IMG/VR virus record: IMGVR_UViG_3300032319_000846
Location: 32,001-96,000 of that record
DNA from: a virus
Taxonomy: Duplodnaviria > Caudoviricetes
Strand: one strand, 5' to 3'
DNA: 64,000 bases
The notes under the pieces are model-generated. The model was not told the DNA's origin, searched no databases, and worked only from the letters and a program-made list of their open reading frames with translations. The position numbers were made by a program, and so were the translations under genes. Numbering within the stretch: position 1 is the stretch's first letter; each line of letters opens with the position of its first letter. Of the stretch, positions 26,902-36,989 are shown piece after piece.

Positions 26902-29900
26902 TTACGCTTCTAATGCTATACCTAAAACATCCCATTTTGTATCTATTGAATTATACATCGTTGAAATATATAATATTTTACCTAAAGTAGTGGTAGTTGG
27001 AAGTGTAACACCGATTGTTCTAAAAATAGCATTAAATGTAATACTTCTTGCTGTTCCATTATCTTTAATTCTAAAAATTGCCGCTTGTCCTTGTACTGGT
27101 GTACCACTTGGAGAAGCTAATGTAAGCCCTACTGCTTGCGCTGTAATTACTACTAAATCATCTGTATCAGCATTTAATGTGACTGTAGCAGATGATGTTA
27201 TAGATTGTACTCTTGGATTAATTCTTTTATTAGTAAGAGTTTCTGTTCCTGCTAATGTAGAAAGTGTTCCTGTGGTAGGTAATGTAACATTTGTAGTAGC
27301 AGTTGATGTTAATGTAGTGGAAAATGCTCCTGCTGTAATTAAACTTCCGCCATCTACAATTGTAAGAGTTGCTCCTGTTGTAGGTGCTGTTATAGTAAGT
27401 TTATTAATACTTGTAGCTGTAGCTACCCCCAACACAGGTGTTACCAGTGTGGGAGAAGTAGCAAATACACTTGCCCCACTACCAGTTTCATCTGTTAAAG
27501 CCGTTGCTAATTGAGCAGAAGTAAAGCTACCAAGAGAGGTTGTATTCCCTACTGATGTTATAACTCCTGTTAAGTTTGCATTAGTTACTACTGTTGTGGC
27601 ATTGCCAACACTTGTAACCATTCCTGTTAAATTAGCATTAGTTGCATCATTAGCATTTAATTTTTGTATAGCTTGTATAATAGTATCTGTTGCTGCAACT
27701 GTACCTGCTCCTGAAACATATCCTGTAAGCACTTTACCAATTACAGCAGAGTTTGTTAATGTAGCTTCATTACCAATAGATGTAACTTCACCTGTGAGAT
27801 TAGCATTTGTAGTGACATTTCCTGCTGTTAATCCTGCTGCTGTACCAGTGATATTAGTTCCTACTAAAGTAGAAGGAGTTCCTAAATTTGGTGTTACTAA
27901 TGTAGGACTTGTAGCAAAAACTAAAGCACCATTTCCAGTTTCATCAGTGATAGCAGCAGCTAAATTTACACTTGAGGGTGTAGCTAAAAATGTTACAACA
28001 CCTGTACCTAATCCAGAAACACCAGTACTAATGGGTAATCCTGTGCCATTAGTTAATGTAACACTTGATGGAGTCCCTAAAACTCCTCCTGAATATAATA
28101 CAGTACCTCCTGCTTCAAATGCAATAGAACTATTATCTGTACCTGTAAAAGTTAATGTGTTACTAGCTGTTAATGTTTTTCCATCTGCAATAGTAAGAGT
28201 GCTTCCTGTAATAGGAGTTGTTATTGTCAACTTATTTATTGATGTAGCAGATGCTACACCTAAAATAGGTGTTGTTAATGTAGGAGAAGTAGCTCTAACT
28301 ACTGCTCCTGTACCTGTATTTGCTGTAACGGCTAATCCATTAATAGAAAAACTATTACCAATCCCTGCTGTATCAAATGTTTTATTTGTAAGTGTATGTG
28401 TAGAAACATCTGTCAATACACTACTATTAATAGCCACTGTAACTGCACCACTACCGTTATAAGAAGTTCCTGTTAATCCTGTACCAATAGTGAGAGTTGC
28501 TAAATTAGCTCCTAATGCAATTCCTGATATTGTACTATTAGTTAATTTTGCATTAGTAATACTTCCTGCTAACATTGTGTTAGTTACTGTAGCAGAATCT
28601 CCTGTTGTAACCACTGTTCCTGTTACAGCAGGTAATGTAATTGTAGTAGTTCCTGCAATTGCAGTGGGAATCAATACTGTTGTACCAGAAGTACTTCCTG
28701 CAAATGTAGTGCTAAGAATACCTGTTAATACTTGATTAGCAGAAGCTCTATTTAAAGCTATTGATGTAGTACCAATAAAAACAGCACTATTTCCTAATAC
28801 AGCACTTGGAATAGTTCCGCTTAAATTGCCTGCTGTTAATCCTGTTAAATTTGCACCTGACACTGCTCCAAAACTTCCACTCCAAGTACCTGATGTAATT
28901 GTACCCACTGATGTAAGAGAAGAAGTTGTAACACTTGCTGCTAATGTAGCTCCTGTTAATGTACCTGCTGCTGCTGTTACTGTAATTGCACTACTACCAT
29001 CAAAATTTACTCCATTAATTGCTCTTGCAGTGGTTAGTGTTGCAGCACTTGTTGCAGTTGAAGCATTACCTGTCAAAGCTCCTATAAAAGATGTAGATGT
29101 TAATGCTCCCGTACTTGGATTATATGTAAATCCTGTGTCAGTTCGAGGACTTAGATTACCTGTAGCAGCATTAACAAACAAAGGATAGTTTGTTGCGTTA
29201 GTAGTATTATCCGCAGTAAGTGTTACAGCAGCAGCAAACCCATCAATACTTGTAATTCCTGTTAATGCTTGTGAAGCAGATGCTCTGTTTAGTGCAATAG
29301 ATGTTGTACCTATGTTTAAAGTTGAAGCACCTAATACACCTGTAGGAATAATGCCTGATAATTGTGCAGCAGGAATTCCTGTAGCATTAGTTAAAACGAT
29401 TGCACTTGGGGTTCCTAAATTAGGAGTGATTAATGTAGGAGAAGTAGCAAATACCAAATTTCCTGTTCCTGTTTTATCTGTAACAGCAGTAATTAGATTT
29501 GCAGCCGTAGGTGTTGCTAAAAAAGCAGCAACACCTGCTCCCATTCCACTTACTCCTGTAGTAATAGGTAATCCTGTAGCATTTGTAAGTGTTACAGATG
29601 TAGGAGTTCCAAGTATAGGAGTGGTAAGAGTTACTACTGTTCCATTTGTAGTTGCTCCTGTTATTCCTGCAAAAGTTCCTGCGTTATTATATTGAAGTTG
29701 TGTTGTACTTCCTCCGGGAGAACCTCCACCTCCTGATGGAGTTCTATATGTTCCATCCTGACTCAAATACAAAGTAGGAGTTCCTCCACTAACTAATGTA
29801 ACACCATTTACAGATTTGTTTGTAAGTGCATCTGTAGTTGCTCTACCTACATAAGTGTCAGTTCCCTGAAAAGTAAGCGTTGCTCCATCAGTTCCCTGTA

Positions 29901-30276
29901 ATGTAAGTGTATTGTTTACAGTTAATGTTTTTCCTCCTGCAAGTGTAAAATCTATATCAAAATCAATGGTTTTTGCACTAATGGTGTGCCAATCAATTCC
30001 ATCAGATATATACTCCACACATCTATAAAAAGAAGTAAGTAAAACAGTAGTTTGTAACTGATTTGTGGAAGGTTCTTGAATATTACCTCCTGCTGAAACA
30101 AGTGTAATATTAGCTAAATCTGTATTTGAAAATCTTGCAATAGATATTTCTCTATTTTTATATGCTGTTGCATCAGGCAGTGTTAAAGTGATTGGTGTAT
30201 TAGTGTTATACACCAAAACATTCTTCACATTTTGAGAAATAGTGTAAGAAACAGAAGTAGTTATTTGTTTGTACAT
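26902..30276 (-). CDS. Long Thr/Gly/Ala-rich tail fibre with mosaic internal repeats
   Basis: Repeats VFATSPTLVTPxLG (x4), TNANLTGxVTSxGN (x3), GTTSIALNRAS (x2). Confidence 0.8.
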   Translation of the reverse strand: MYKQITTSVSYTISQNVKNVLVYNTNTPITLTLPDATAYKNREISIARFSNTDLANITLVSAGGNIQEPSTNQLQTTVLLTSFYRCVEYISDGIDWHTISAKTIDFDIDFTLAGGKTLTVNNTLTLQGTDGATLTFQGTDTYVGRATTDALTNKSVNGVTLVSGGTPTLYLSQDGTYRTPSGGGGSPGGSTTQLQYNNAGTFAGITGATTNGTVVTLTTPILGTPTSVTLTNATGLPITTGVSGMGAGVAAFLATPTAANLITAVTDKTGTGNLVFATSPTLITPNLGTPSAIVLTNATGIPAAQLSGIIPTGVLGASTLNIGTTSIALNRASASQALTGITSIDGFAAAVTLTADNTTNATNYPLFVNAATGNLSPRTDTGFTYNPSTGALTSTSFIGALTGNASTATSAATLTTARAINGVNFDGSSAITVTAAAGTLTGATLAASVTTSSLTSVGTITSGTWSGSFGAVSGANLTGLTAGNLSGTIPSAVLGNSAVFIGTTSIALNRASANQVLTGILSTTFAGSTSGTTVLIPTAIAGTTTITLPAVTGTVVTTGDSATVTNTMLAGSITNAKLTNSTISGIALGANLATLTIGTGLTGTSYNGSGAVTVAINSSVLTDVSTHTLTNKTFDTAGIGNSFSINGLAVTANTGTGAVVRATSPTLTTPILGVASATSINKLTITTPITGSTLTIADGKTLTASNTLTFTGTDNSSIAFEAGGTVLYSGGVLGTPSSVTLTNGTGLPISTGVSGLGTGVVTFLATPSSVNLAAAITDETGNGALVFATSPTLVTPNLGTPSTLVGTNITGTAAGLTAGNVTTNANLTGEVTSIGNEATLTNSAVIGKVLTGYVSGAGTVAATDTIIQAIQKLNANDATNANLTGMVTSVGNATTVVTNANLTGVITSVGNTTSLGSFTSAQLATALTDETGSGASVFATSPTLVTPVLGVATATSINKLTITAPTTGATLTIVDGGSLITAGAFSTTLTSTATTNVTLPTTGTLSTLAGTETLTNKRINPRVQSITSSATVTLNADTDDLVVITAQAVGLTLASPSGTPVQGQAAIFRIKDNGTARSITFNAIFRTIGVTLPTTTTLGKILYISTMYNSIDTKWDVLGIALEA

Positions 30277-30279
30277 ATG

Positions 30280-30828
30280 TTATATTGCTAACCAATTGAA
30301 TATTAAATTACCGCTTCCTGATGGTGGTGCTACATCGTAGTTAATGGTAATGTTTGTTCCATCATAAGAAACACTCTTAATTAAAGAAGCATCATCAGAT
30401 AAAGGAGTTACTGTAGCAAAAGTTGGAGTTGTTCCTACACCATGAGCTATCGTATAAGTTGTTGCTGTTCCTGTGGCAGATTGTGTTGATGTACCTTTAA
30501 ATAAAGTTGTAGAAGCCGTAATATTACTGCTAATTATATGCCATGCAATACTGTCAGAAATATATGTTAAGCTTTTAATAGCATTTCCAAAAGCAAAACT
30601 AGTTACAAGAGTATTGTTAGCAGGATTTTCAACATTTCCTGTCACTGTATTTACTGTTACATTTGCAGTGTCGGAAGAAGAAAATCTTGTTAAAGTAATT
30701 TCTCTATTCCTATATTTAGCGGGGTCAGGAAGAGTTACAGTGATAGCTGTAGATGCATTTGCTATTAAAACAACTTTGATGTTATTCAATACACTGTAAG
30801 ACCCTGTAATTGTTGTTGTAAAATACAT
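30280..30828 (-). CDS. Short fibre/adaptor protein whose N-domain is paralogous to that of the 1124-aa fibre
   Basis: ITxTLPD-x-YxNREI-x-RFS shared with 26902-30276; probable start at 30828 rather than 30864. Confidence 0.75.
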   Translation of the reverse strand: MYFTTTITGSYSVLNNIKVVLIANASTAITVTLPDPAKYRNREITLTRFSSSDTANVTVNTVTGNVENPANNTLVTSFAFGNAIKSLTYISDSIAWHIISSNITASTTLFKGTSTQSATGTATTYTIAHGVGTTPTFATVTPLSDDASLIKSVSYDGTNITINYDVAPPSGSGNLIFNWLAI

Positions 30829-30830
30829 AA

Positions 30831-32387
30831 TTATGATACTGCTATAGATGATGTTCCTGACCAATTAACTTCAATATCCATTGTAGCCGCTAATGCTACA
30901 TTAGAATGTGTTATAGCTACTGTAAATCCGCTTCCACTATAAAAACTATCTATAAGAGGTATCACTGTTGCTCCTGTTATTAGTTGGTCTACTACAGCAT
31001 AATTTTGATTTACCGTTCCTCCTGCACTTACGGTTGCTGTAAAAAATATTTTTTGCATTACAGAAACAGTATTATCATTACTTCTGTAATAAATATTTAT
31101 ATCAGCACTTACAGCATTTGAAGCTCCTCCTAAAGAAAACAAAAGAACATCCTGATTTTGAGAACTTGTAGCAGTAATAGTTTTAACAAATTTTTTAATT
31201 TGGTCTGTTGCTCCAAAAGATATTCTTGGCTCTTGAAATTTAAGATAGTTGTTATATCCTGCTTTAAATATAGTACCAATTGCCTCACTCCATTTGATAA
31301 TATCAATCCATGTATTTGTTCCCCCTTTTGCCTGCAAAAATAAACTTCCTAAATAACTGAAGACACTTGAAAGTCTTGCTCTAAAATTATCTGAATTTAG
31401 ATTACTTCCCTGAAGAGTGAGAGAATTAGGAATAAATCCTAATGTATCTAAATTACTTGTAAAATCTGTTACTCTTTTTGCAAGAATACATATATTTTTA
31501 TTACAGTTTGCAGTTTCATTTAATGTATAAAACCCACTACCCGGAGTTGCTTCATTTGTTTCAATTGCAAAGTTTGAAGCATAATCCAAATCAAAAACGT
31601 GTCCTGACATTGAATCTGCTGTAATTCTATGAATATTGAAATCTTCAGCATGAAACGCTTTAATGTAACTTACTCCTCCTGTTGCCCAACAGAAATTAAA
31701 TGTGATGTTTGTAATGTAAGAAGCCCCTGAAGTCATTCCATCAGCTTTGCATACATACCTACCTCCTGCTGTTTTCATATTATTGAATACAACAAAGTAA
31801 GTACCCCATACATCTCCTGAATTTCCGGGAAGCAATTGGATAATATCTATTGCAGAATTTCCTGAAATATCAAACACACAACTGTTAAAAGAAGCATTCC
31901 AAAGTCCATCAATTTTAACAATAGTGTTTCCTAACGTAGCATTACTGCTTGTCCAGTTTAACCCATCTCCAATAAAGTTTTTCTTTCTTGTCCACAAGAA
32001 TCCTACAGCAGCAGAAGTAGTTACACTAATTCCTTTTCTTTGAATTAAATGTCCACTTTCCATATTAATAGTAGTAGTTAAAGAAAAAGAGTTATTAATA
32101 ACTCCCACTTTTCCTGCTGCGGCATTAATAAATGCTTGAAATCCTGCGTTTGTATTATCAAACCAAGAAGAAAGTACATCTTCTAAATCAATTCTTTTAT
32201 ACCTTGCACCCGATGCAGTTACAATAACTGTCCCTGTATTATCTGTTGATGTAGTATCTGTATTGTCGTATTCAAAAGCTCCTTCTTTTCCATTATCAGA
32301 AAGCCTAACAACAGGATTGTATAAGACATCTATGGTTGTAAATGCTCTTAATTGTGTAAGTGTTCTATTTGATGTATCTATTCTCAT
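30831..32387 (-). CDS. Second tailspike-like receptor-binding protein
   Basis: N-terminal QLR...DNxGTVI...GARYKR anchor domain like that of 23682-26000; beta-helix-like body. Confidence 0.75.
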   Translation of the reverse strand: MRIDTSNRTLTQLRAFTTIDVLYNPVVRLSDNGKEGAFEYDNTDTTSTDNTGTVIVTASGARYKRIDLEDVLSSWFDNTNAGFQAFINAAAGKVGVINNSFSLTTTINMESGHLIQRKGISVTTSAAVGFLWTRKKNFIGDGLNWTSSNATLGNTIVKIDGLWNASFNSCVFDISGNSAIDIIQLLPGNSGDVWGTYFVVFNNMKTAGGRYVCKADGMTSGASYITNITFNFCWATGGVSYIKAFHAEDFNIHRITADSMSGHVFDLDYASNFAIETNEATPGSGFYTLNETANCNKNICILAKRVTDFTSNLDTLGFIPNSLTLQGSNLNSDNFRARLSSVFSYLGSLFLQAKGGTNTWIDIIKWSEAIGTIFKAGYNNYLKFQEPRISFGATDQIKKFVKTITATSSQNQDVLLFSLGGASNAVSADINIYYRSNDNTVSVMQKIFFTATVSAGGTVNQNYAVVDQLITGATVIPLIDSFYSGSGFTVAITHSNVALAATMDIEVNWSGTSSIAVS

Positions 32388-32394
32388 TTGTTTA

Positions 32395-35202
32395 TTAAGC
32401 TATGTAATACCAAGTTGTTCCGTTTCCATGAAATTGCATTGATTCTTTAGCAGCTAATACATAAGAAGCTCCTGAAAATCCGTCAATATGACCTGATACA
32501 GTAATAGTTCCTGCGCTAACATTTTTAACAGTTAGTTTAATTTCTGTTACAGAAACTGGTAATGTAGCAGTAGTAGCTCCTGTATCAAATACTACAGTAC
32601 CATCTGTAGTAGCAGATAAAGTAGTGCTAACACTAACCACTCTTATTTTATTTTGTTGATATGTTTTATTCCAATTAGCAGCAGAAGTTATTCTTGTATC
32701 TGCTAATGTTCCACTCCAAGTAATAACATGTGCTGAACCTCCACTAACAATAGTGACATTAGTATCATTAGTGAATGTTTGTGTAGCAGTAGTTAAAGCA
32801 TTTAAAGAAGTAATCCCTCCACCTGCTGCTGTAAAGTATTCTAATGCAGTACCTGCTGCATTTACTCTTAATTGTTGTAATGAAGTACCTAAAGCACTTA
32901 ATCCTGTTCCACCTCTAGTTGCAGCTAACACGCCAGTCCATCCTAATGTAAGAGAAGTTGCAGATAATAAAGCAGATGTAGGAGTTCCTCCCAAAGTTAA
33001 TGTAACATTAGTATCATCAGTTTTACTTAAAGCAGCCCCTCCTGTAATAGAAGAAGCAGCAGGTGTAATGGTTACATTAGATACAGCAGTGATTAATCCT
33101 TTAGCATTCACTGTAGGTACAGCTACTTGCGTGGCTGAACCAAAAGTTCCCACATTAGAATTTACTGTAGCAAGAGTTAATATGGTACTTCCTGTAGCAT
33201 CTCCTGTATGGGAAGCATTAGATACTTTAGCATTATTAGTTGTTGTATCTGTACGAAGTGTATCTAAATTAGTAGCTGAAGTAACTGTAATAAACCCAAG
33301 TTTTGTAAATTGTGCAGGAGATTGAAGTCCAGCATTTGTTCCATCAGCTAATAAAAGTGTTGCATCTGCTCCTGTATCTGAAGCTACAATTCCATTAATA
33401 GGAGATGCTGCATAGCTAAGATTAGTATTTCCACTTGCTCCTCCTCCTGTTACATCTACTGTTAATACACCACTTGAAGAATTAGCAGTGACAGTAGCTC
33501 CTGTAAAGTTAATAGTGTTAATTCCACCTAATGTTCCTGTATTAACTCCTTCATCTTGAAATTGAAGTTTTACTTGTTTTTCATTATCTAATTCATTTAA
33601 AGCTCCTTGAACATTACCAGACGCAATATTTCCAGCAGAAACATTTACTATATCTGATGCAGTATAAGAAAGTAATGTTTTTACTTGTGCTACTGTTAAA
33701 TCTGTTTCATTTGCCAATACTCCTGTATTATTGCCTTTAATAGTATTGGCAGGTGCTTGAGCAAGTTTAGCATTAGATATAGCGTTATTAGCAATCGCAA
33801 GAGAAATTGTCCCACTTGTTATAATTGGGGAAGAACTAATTGTAAAATCACTTCCAGAAATACCAACACTTGTTACTGAGCCTCCTGTAGCAGATAATAT
33901 TCCAGATGAAAGAGTTAACCCTGTTCCTAATGTAATAGTTTCTACATTTCCTGTTGTTACAGCACTTCTACCTAATAATGTAGCAGTGGGTATTTGTTGA
34001 AATTTAGCAAATGTGACAGCATTTGTAGAAATTGTTGTTGCCCCATCAGCTACACTTGTAACATCTCCTGAATGATTAGGATGAATATAAAGATTTGCTC
34101 CTGTAGCAATACCATCTAGTTTTGTTTTATCACTTGCTGTTAATAATCCTGCAATACTTCCTGTAGCAGCAGGTATCGTAGCATCTTCTCCTGTATCTGA
34201 ATTTATTTTTCCACTTGAAGAAGCGCTACTGTAAGAAAGATTTGTAACTCCCCCACCACTACCTCCAGTTACATCTACTGTGACAACATTCCCAACTCTT
34301 GATGCTGTAACATTTGCACCTGTAAAATTAATTGTATTTACATTTCCTGATGCACCTAAATTACTACCTTCTTCTTGAAATTGAATATTAGTCTGCTTTT
34401 CTCCATCAAGTTCGTTTAATGCTGCTTGTACAGTTGTTGCTGCAATGTTTCCAGAAGGAATATTTGATACATCAGCAGCAGTAAAATTTAATATTGATTT
34501 AACTTGAGAAGCAGTTAAATCAATTGGACTACCACTTGAAATTGCACCTTTAATTGTAGAAGCTCCCATATTAGCAAGCTTTACGTTAGTTACAACACTT
34601 GATTGTATAGTAGTAGAACCATCTGCAACAGAAACAACATCACCACTGTGATTGGGGTGGATGTACAAATTAGCACTTGTTGCTATTCCATCCAATTTAG
34701 TTTTATCAGCTGCAACAAAAAGACCTGCTAATGAAGTGGTTGCAAAAGGAATTGTAGCATCTGTTCCTGTATTTGAAAATACATCTAAAGTAGTTGATGT
34801 ACGATTTCCTATAGATAAATCAGTGTTTATTCCTGTAATACTATTTAACTTGATTTTATCAGCACTTGTAAGTAATCCTGCAATACTTGTAGTGGCAGCA
34901 GGTATTACTGCATCCACACCTGTTGAAGATGTAACTGTTCCTGTATTAGGATTTGATGTATATGCTAAATCTGTAACAGGAAGTGATATTGTATTTCCTT
35001 GAGAAATACTTAGGTTATTTCCGCTAATAGAAAGGTTTTGAGGAATACCTACCCCACCTCCACCTAAAGAAGAAACATCTGTTACTTTTAAACAACCATT
35101 TCCATTAACTCCCACTACTTTTGTAACAGAGCCTTCAGGTAAACAATTAATAATAGAGGTGAGTATTGAGTTTAGTTTTGTTTTTAAAGATATTCCATTC
35201 AT
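32395..35202 (-). CDS. Tail fibre with duplicated modules
   Basis: YIHPNHSGDV (x2), GNIAxxxVQxALNELDxEKQ (x2), TGxDATIP...AGL-x-DKxKL (x4). Confidence 0.8.
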   Translation of the reverse strand: MNGISLKTKLNSILTSIINCLPEGSVTKVVGVNGNGCLKVTDVSSLGGGGVGIPQNLSISGNNLSISQGNTISLPVTDLAYTSNPNTGTVTSSTGVDAVIPAATTSIAGLLTSADKIKLNSITGINTDLSIGNRTSTTLDVFSNTGTDATIPFATTSLAGLFVAADKTKLDGIATSANLYIHPNHSGDVVSVADGSTTIQSSVVTNVKLANMGASTIKGAISSGSPIDLTASQVKSILNFTAADVSNIPSGNIAATTVQAALNELDGEKQTNIQFQEEGSNLGASGNVNTINFTGANVTASRVGNVVTVDVTGGSGGGVTNLSYSSASSSGKINSDTGEDATIPAATGSIAGLLTASDKTKLDGIATGANLYIHPNHSGDVTSVADGATTISTNAVTFAKFQQIPTATLLGRSAVTTGNVETITLGTGLTLSSGILSATGGSVTSVGISGSDFTISSSPIITSGTISLAIANNAISNAKLAQAPANTIKGNNTGVLANETDLTVAQVKTLLSYTASDIVNVSAGNIASGNVQGALNELDNEKQVKLQFQDEGVNTGTLGGINTINFTGATVTANSSSGVLTVDVTGGGASGNTNLSYAASPINGIVASDTGADATLLLADGTNAGLQSPAQFTKLGFITVTSATNLDTLRTDTTTNNAKVSNASHTGDATGSTILTLATVNSNVGTFGSATQVAVPTVNAKGLITAVSNVTITPAASSITGGAALSKTDDTNVTLTLGGTPTSALLSATSLTLGWTGVLAATRGGTGLSALGTSLQQLRVNAAGTALEYFTAAGGGITSLNALTTATQTFTNDTNVTIVSGGSAHVITWSGTLADTRITSAANWNKTYQQNKIRVVSVSTTLSATTDGTVVFDTGATTATLPVSVTEIKLTVKNVSAGTITVSGHIDGFSGASYVLAAKESMQFHGNGTTWYYIA

Positions 35203-35206
35203 ATTA

Positions 35207-35569
35207 TTAAGAATTAATTACCCAATCAACAGTGGAGGTTTCTGTATTACTTGTAGAATTAATAGTAAAACCCACTCCTGCATTTTTAGTTACACTTAAA
35301 TAACCTCTCGTACCTGCAGGAGTAGTTACTGCTACTAACACTCTATCTGTGGCTGTTAATGTAGGATAAGCCACTGCTTTTGTTCCTGCTACTAATACAG
35401 CACTTCCTGAAGGAGATGTTTCTACAGCACTTGGAACTACTTTAACAAAACAATTACCTTTTACTGCCAATAAATAATCTGGAGAAGTGCTTAAATCTGC
35501 ACATTTTACTGTTTCTACTGCTGTTTGCTCAAAATGAGTTTTTTCATTTACACTTATGTGATATTTCAT
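35207..35569 (-). CDS. Short fibre/tip protein
   Basis: C-terminal GSAVLVAGT...GFTINSTS...VDW beta domain. Confidence 0.7.
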   Translation of the reverse strand: MKYHISVNEKTHFEQTAVETVKCADLSTSPDYLLAVKGNCFVKVVPSAVETSPSGSAVLVAGTKAVAYPTLTATDRVLVAVTTPAGTRGYLSVTKNAGVGFTINSTSNTETSTVDWVINS

Positions 35570-35591
35570 ACTATTTTTGTTTTATTTTTTC

Positions 35592-36053
35592 TTAAAATAT
35601 TGAAATTATTTTTATTGTTATTGCAGCTATTAAAGTTAAAATACCCATTAACCCAATCAAAACCGCTGTAAATCTTATTATTAGTTGTTTTTTTGTTAAC
35701 ACTATATTAGGAACTTTCATTCCTATTGCTTTTTCTACATGATAAGGGTCAAGATAATGAAGTAAATTTACCAATCTTTGTCCTGTTTTTGTCATGTTTA
35801 AAAGTTGATTATTTATTCCTAACACTTCTGAAATAGTTTGATAAGGACTTCCAAATAAATTCTGATTAGTTTTAATAAGTAAATCGTTAAACAATTCTGC
35901 ACAAAATACATTTCCTCCTATATCAAGAAGAAAAGCAATGTTTAATGATTTATTATTGATTCCAAGCAAATTTTTAATCAATCCATATACAACACCAATT
36001 GGAATCAAAATAACACTAATCATTAATGCTATAACTGCTAGAAATATTCCCAT
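35592..36053 (-). CDS. Conserved phage membrane protein (possibly holin-like)
   Basis: Hydrophobic helices at both ends; FG-x-TISxVLG...LDPxHxEKAI. Confidence 0.65.
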   Translation of the reverse strand: MGIFLAVIALMISVILIPIGVVYGLIKNLLGINNKSLNIAFLLDIGGNVFCAELFNDLLIKTNQNLFGSPYQTISEVLGINNQLLNMTKTGQRLVNLLHYLDPYHVEKAIGMKVPNIVLTKKQLIIRFTAVLIGLMGILTLIAAITIKIISIF

Positions 36054-36505
36054 TATTCTACTAAAGGAATTATTACAGGTGTCATATCAACAATAATCTC
36101 AGCTATTTTATTTTCATCTATTTCCAATACAAATCCTGACAACACTCCTCTAAATTGAAAAATAGATAACATTCCGTTTACTTGTGGTAATGCTTGAGAT
36201 AAATATCCATAATCACTTAAAGCTGGCACAATCATTATAGGAACATATTGATTTTCATTCTCATATATTATTTCTCTCATTGTTTCTGCTCTACCTAATT
36301 GTTCACTAGCTTCAAGAATTTCTCTATAAACAAGTTTATATTGAGAATTAGCAACAACAACATCTCCTAATGTAGGAATTTCTGCTTTTGTTCTTCCAGA
36401 TATATTCTCAATTACTATAAAATTTGGTTGTGGATTGAGTGTTGAGTTTTCATTAGCTTTTAAAGGTATAGCTAAATACCCTGCACTATAAAGTCTTGAA
36501 TCCAT
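36053..36505 (-). CDS. Hypothetical structural-block protein
   Basis: ORF coupled to its neighbour. Confidence 0.7.
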   Translation of the reverse strand: MDSRLYSAGYLAIPLKANENSTLNPQPNFIVIENISGRTKAEIPTLGDVVVANSQYKLVYREILEASEQLGRAETMREIIYENENQYVPIMIVPALSDYGYLSQALPQVNGMLSIFQFRGVLSGFVLEIDENKIAEIIVDMTPVIIPLVE

Positions 36506-36517
36506 TGTTTTATATTT

Positions 36518-36880
36518 TTATATAATAGAAGCTAATAAATAGTAAGTAACACCACCTAAATTAATTGCTACTTTATGTGTTGATACAACAGCTACAGAAG
36601 GAGTTATTGTTTGTCCATCAAGTCTTAAAGCTCCTGTTAATGAGCCTCCTGTAATTGGTAAATATCCTGCTAAAGCAGATGTATTAGCTTTAAGATTTAA
36701 AGCTGTTTGCAAATCAGTTTGATTTGAAAGAGTTCCTGTAATTCCGCCCCATGTTTCTCCTCCAAAAGAATTTCCTGTTATAGGAATATCTCCTGAAATA
36801 ATTTTTGCAATTTTATTTTGTAATGCAAGAATTGCTATACCAAAATCTATTTTAGGTCTTCCTGATGTACCCCAAGCCAT
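36518..36880 (-). CDS. Short fibre protein
   Basis: WGGITGTLSNQTDL and YLPITGGSLTG fibre motifs. Confidence 0.7.
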   Translation of the reverse strand: MAWGTSGRPKIDFGIAILALQNKIAKIISGDIPITGNSFGGETWGGITGTLSNQTDLQTALNLKANTSALAGYLPITGGSLTGALRLDGQTITPSVAVVSTHKVAINLGGVTYYLLASII

Positions 36881-36913
36881 GTATGTAGAGTTTTATTAAG
36901 GGATTGAAGAATA

Positions 36914-36957
36914 AAAATGTTCCCTGTTTTGAAAAATCAAAAGTAAGGAAACATTTT
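36914..36957 (-). promoter_or_regulatory. Stem-loop (possible terminator) containing a minus-strand TACTTTTG -7 element
   Basis: aaaatgttccctgttttga/tcaaaagtaaggaaacatttt; CAAAAGTA at 36938-36945. Confidence 0.55.
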
Positions 36958-36989
36958 AGAATAAATAATATCTAATTAAAAATTATAGC

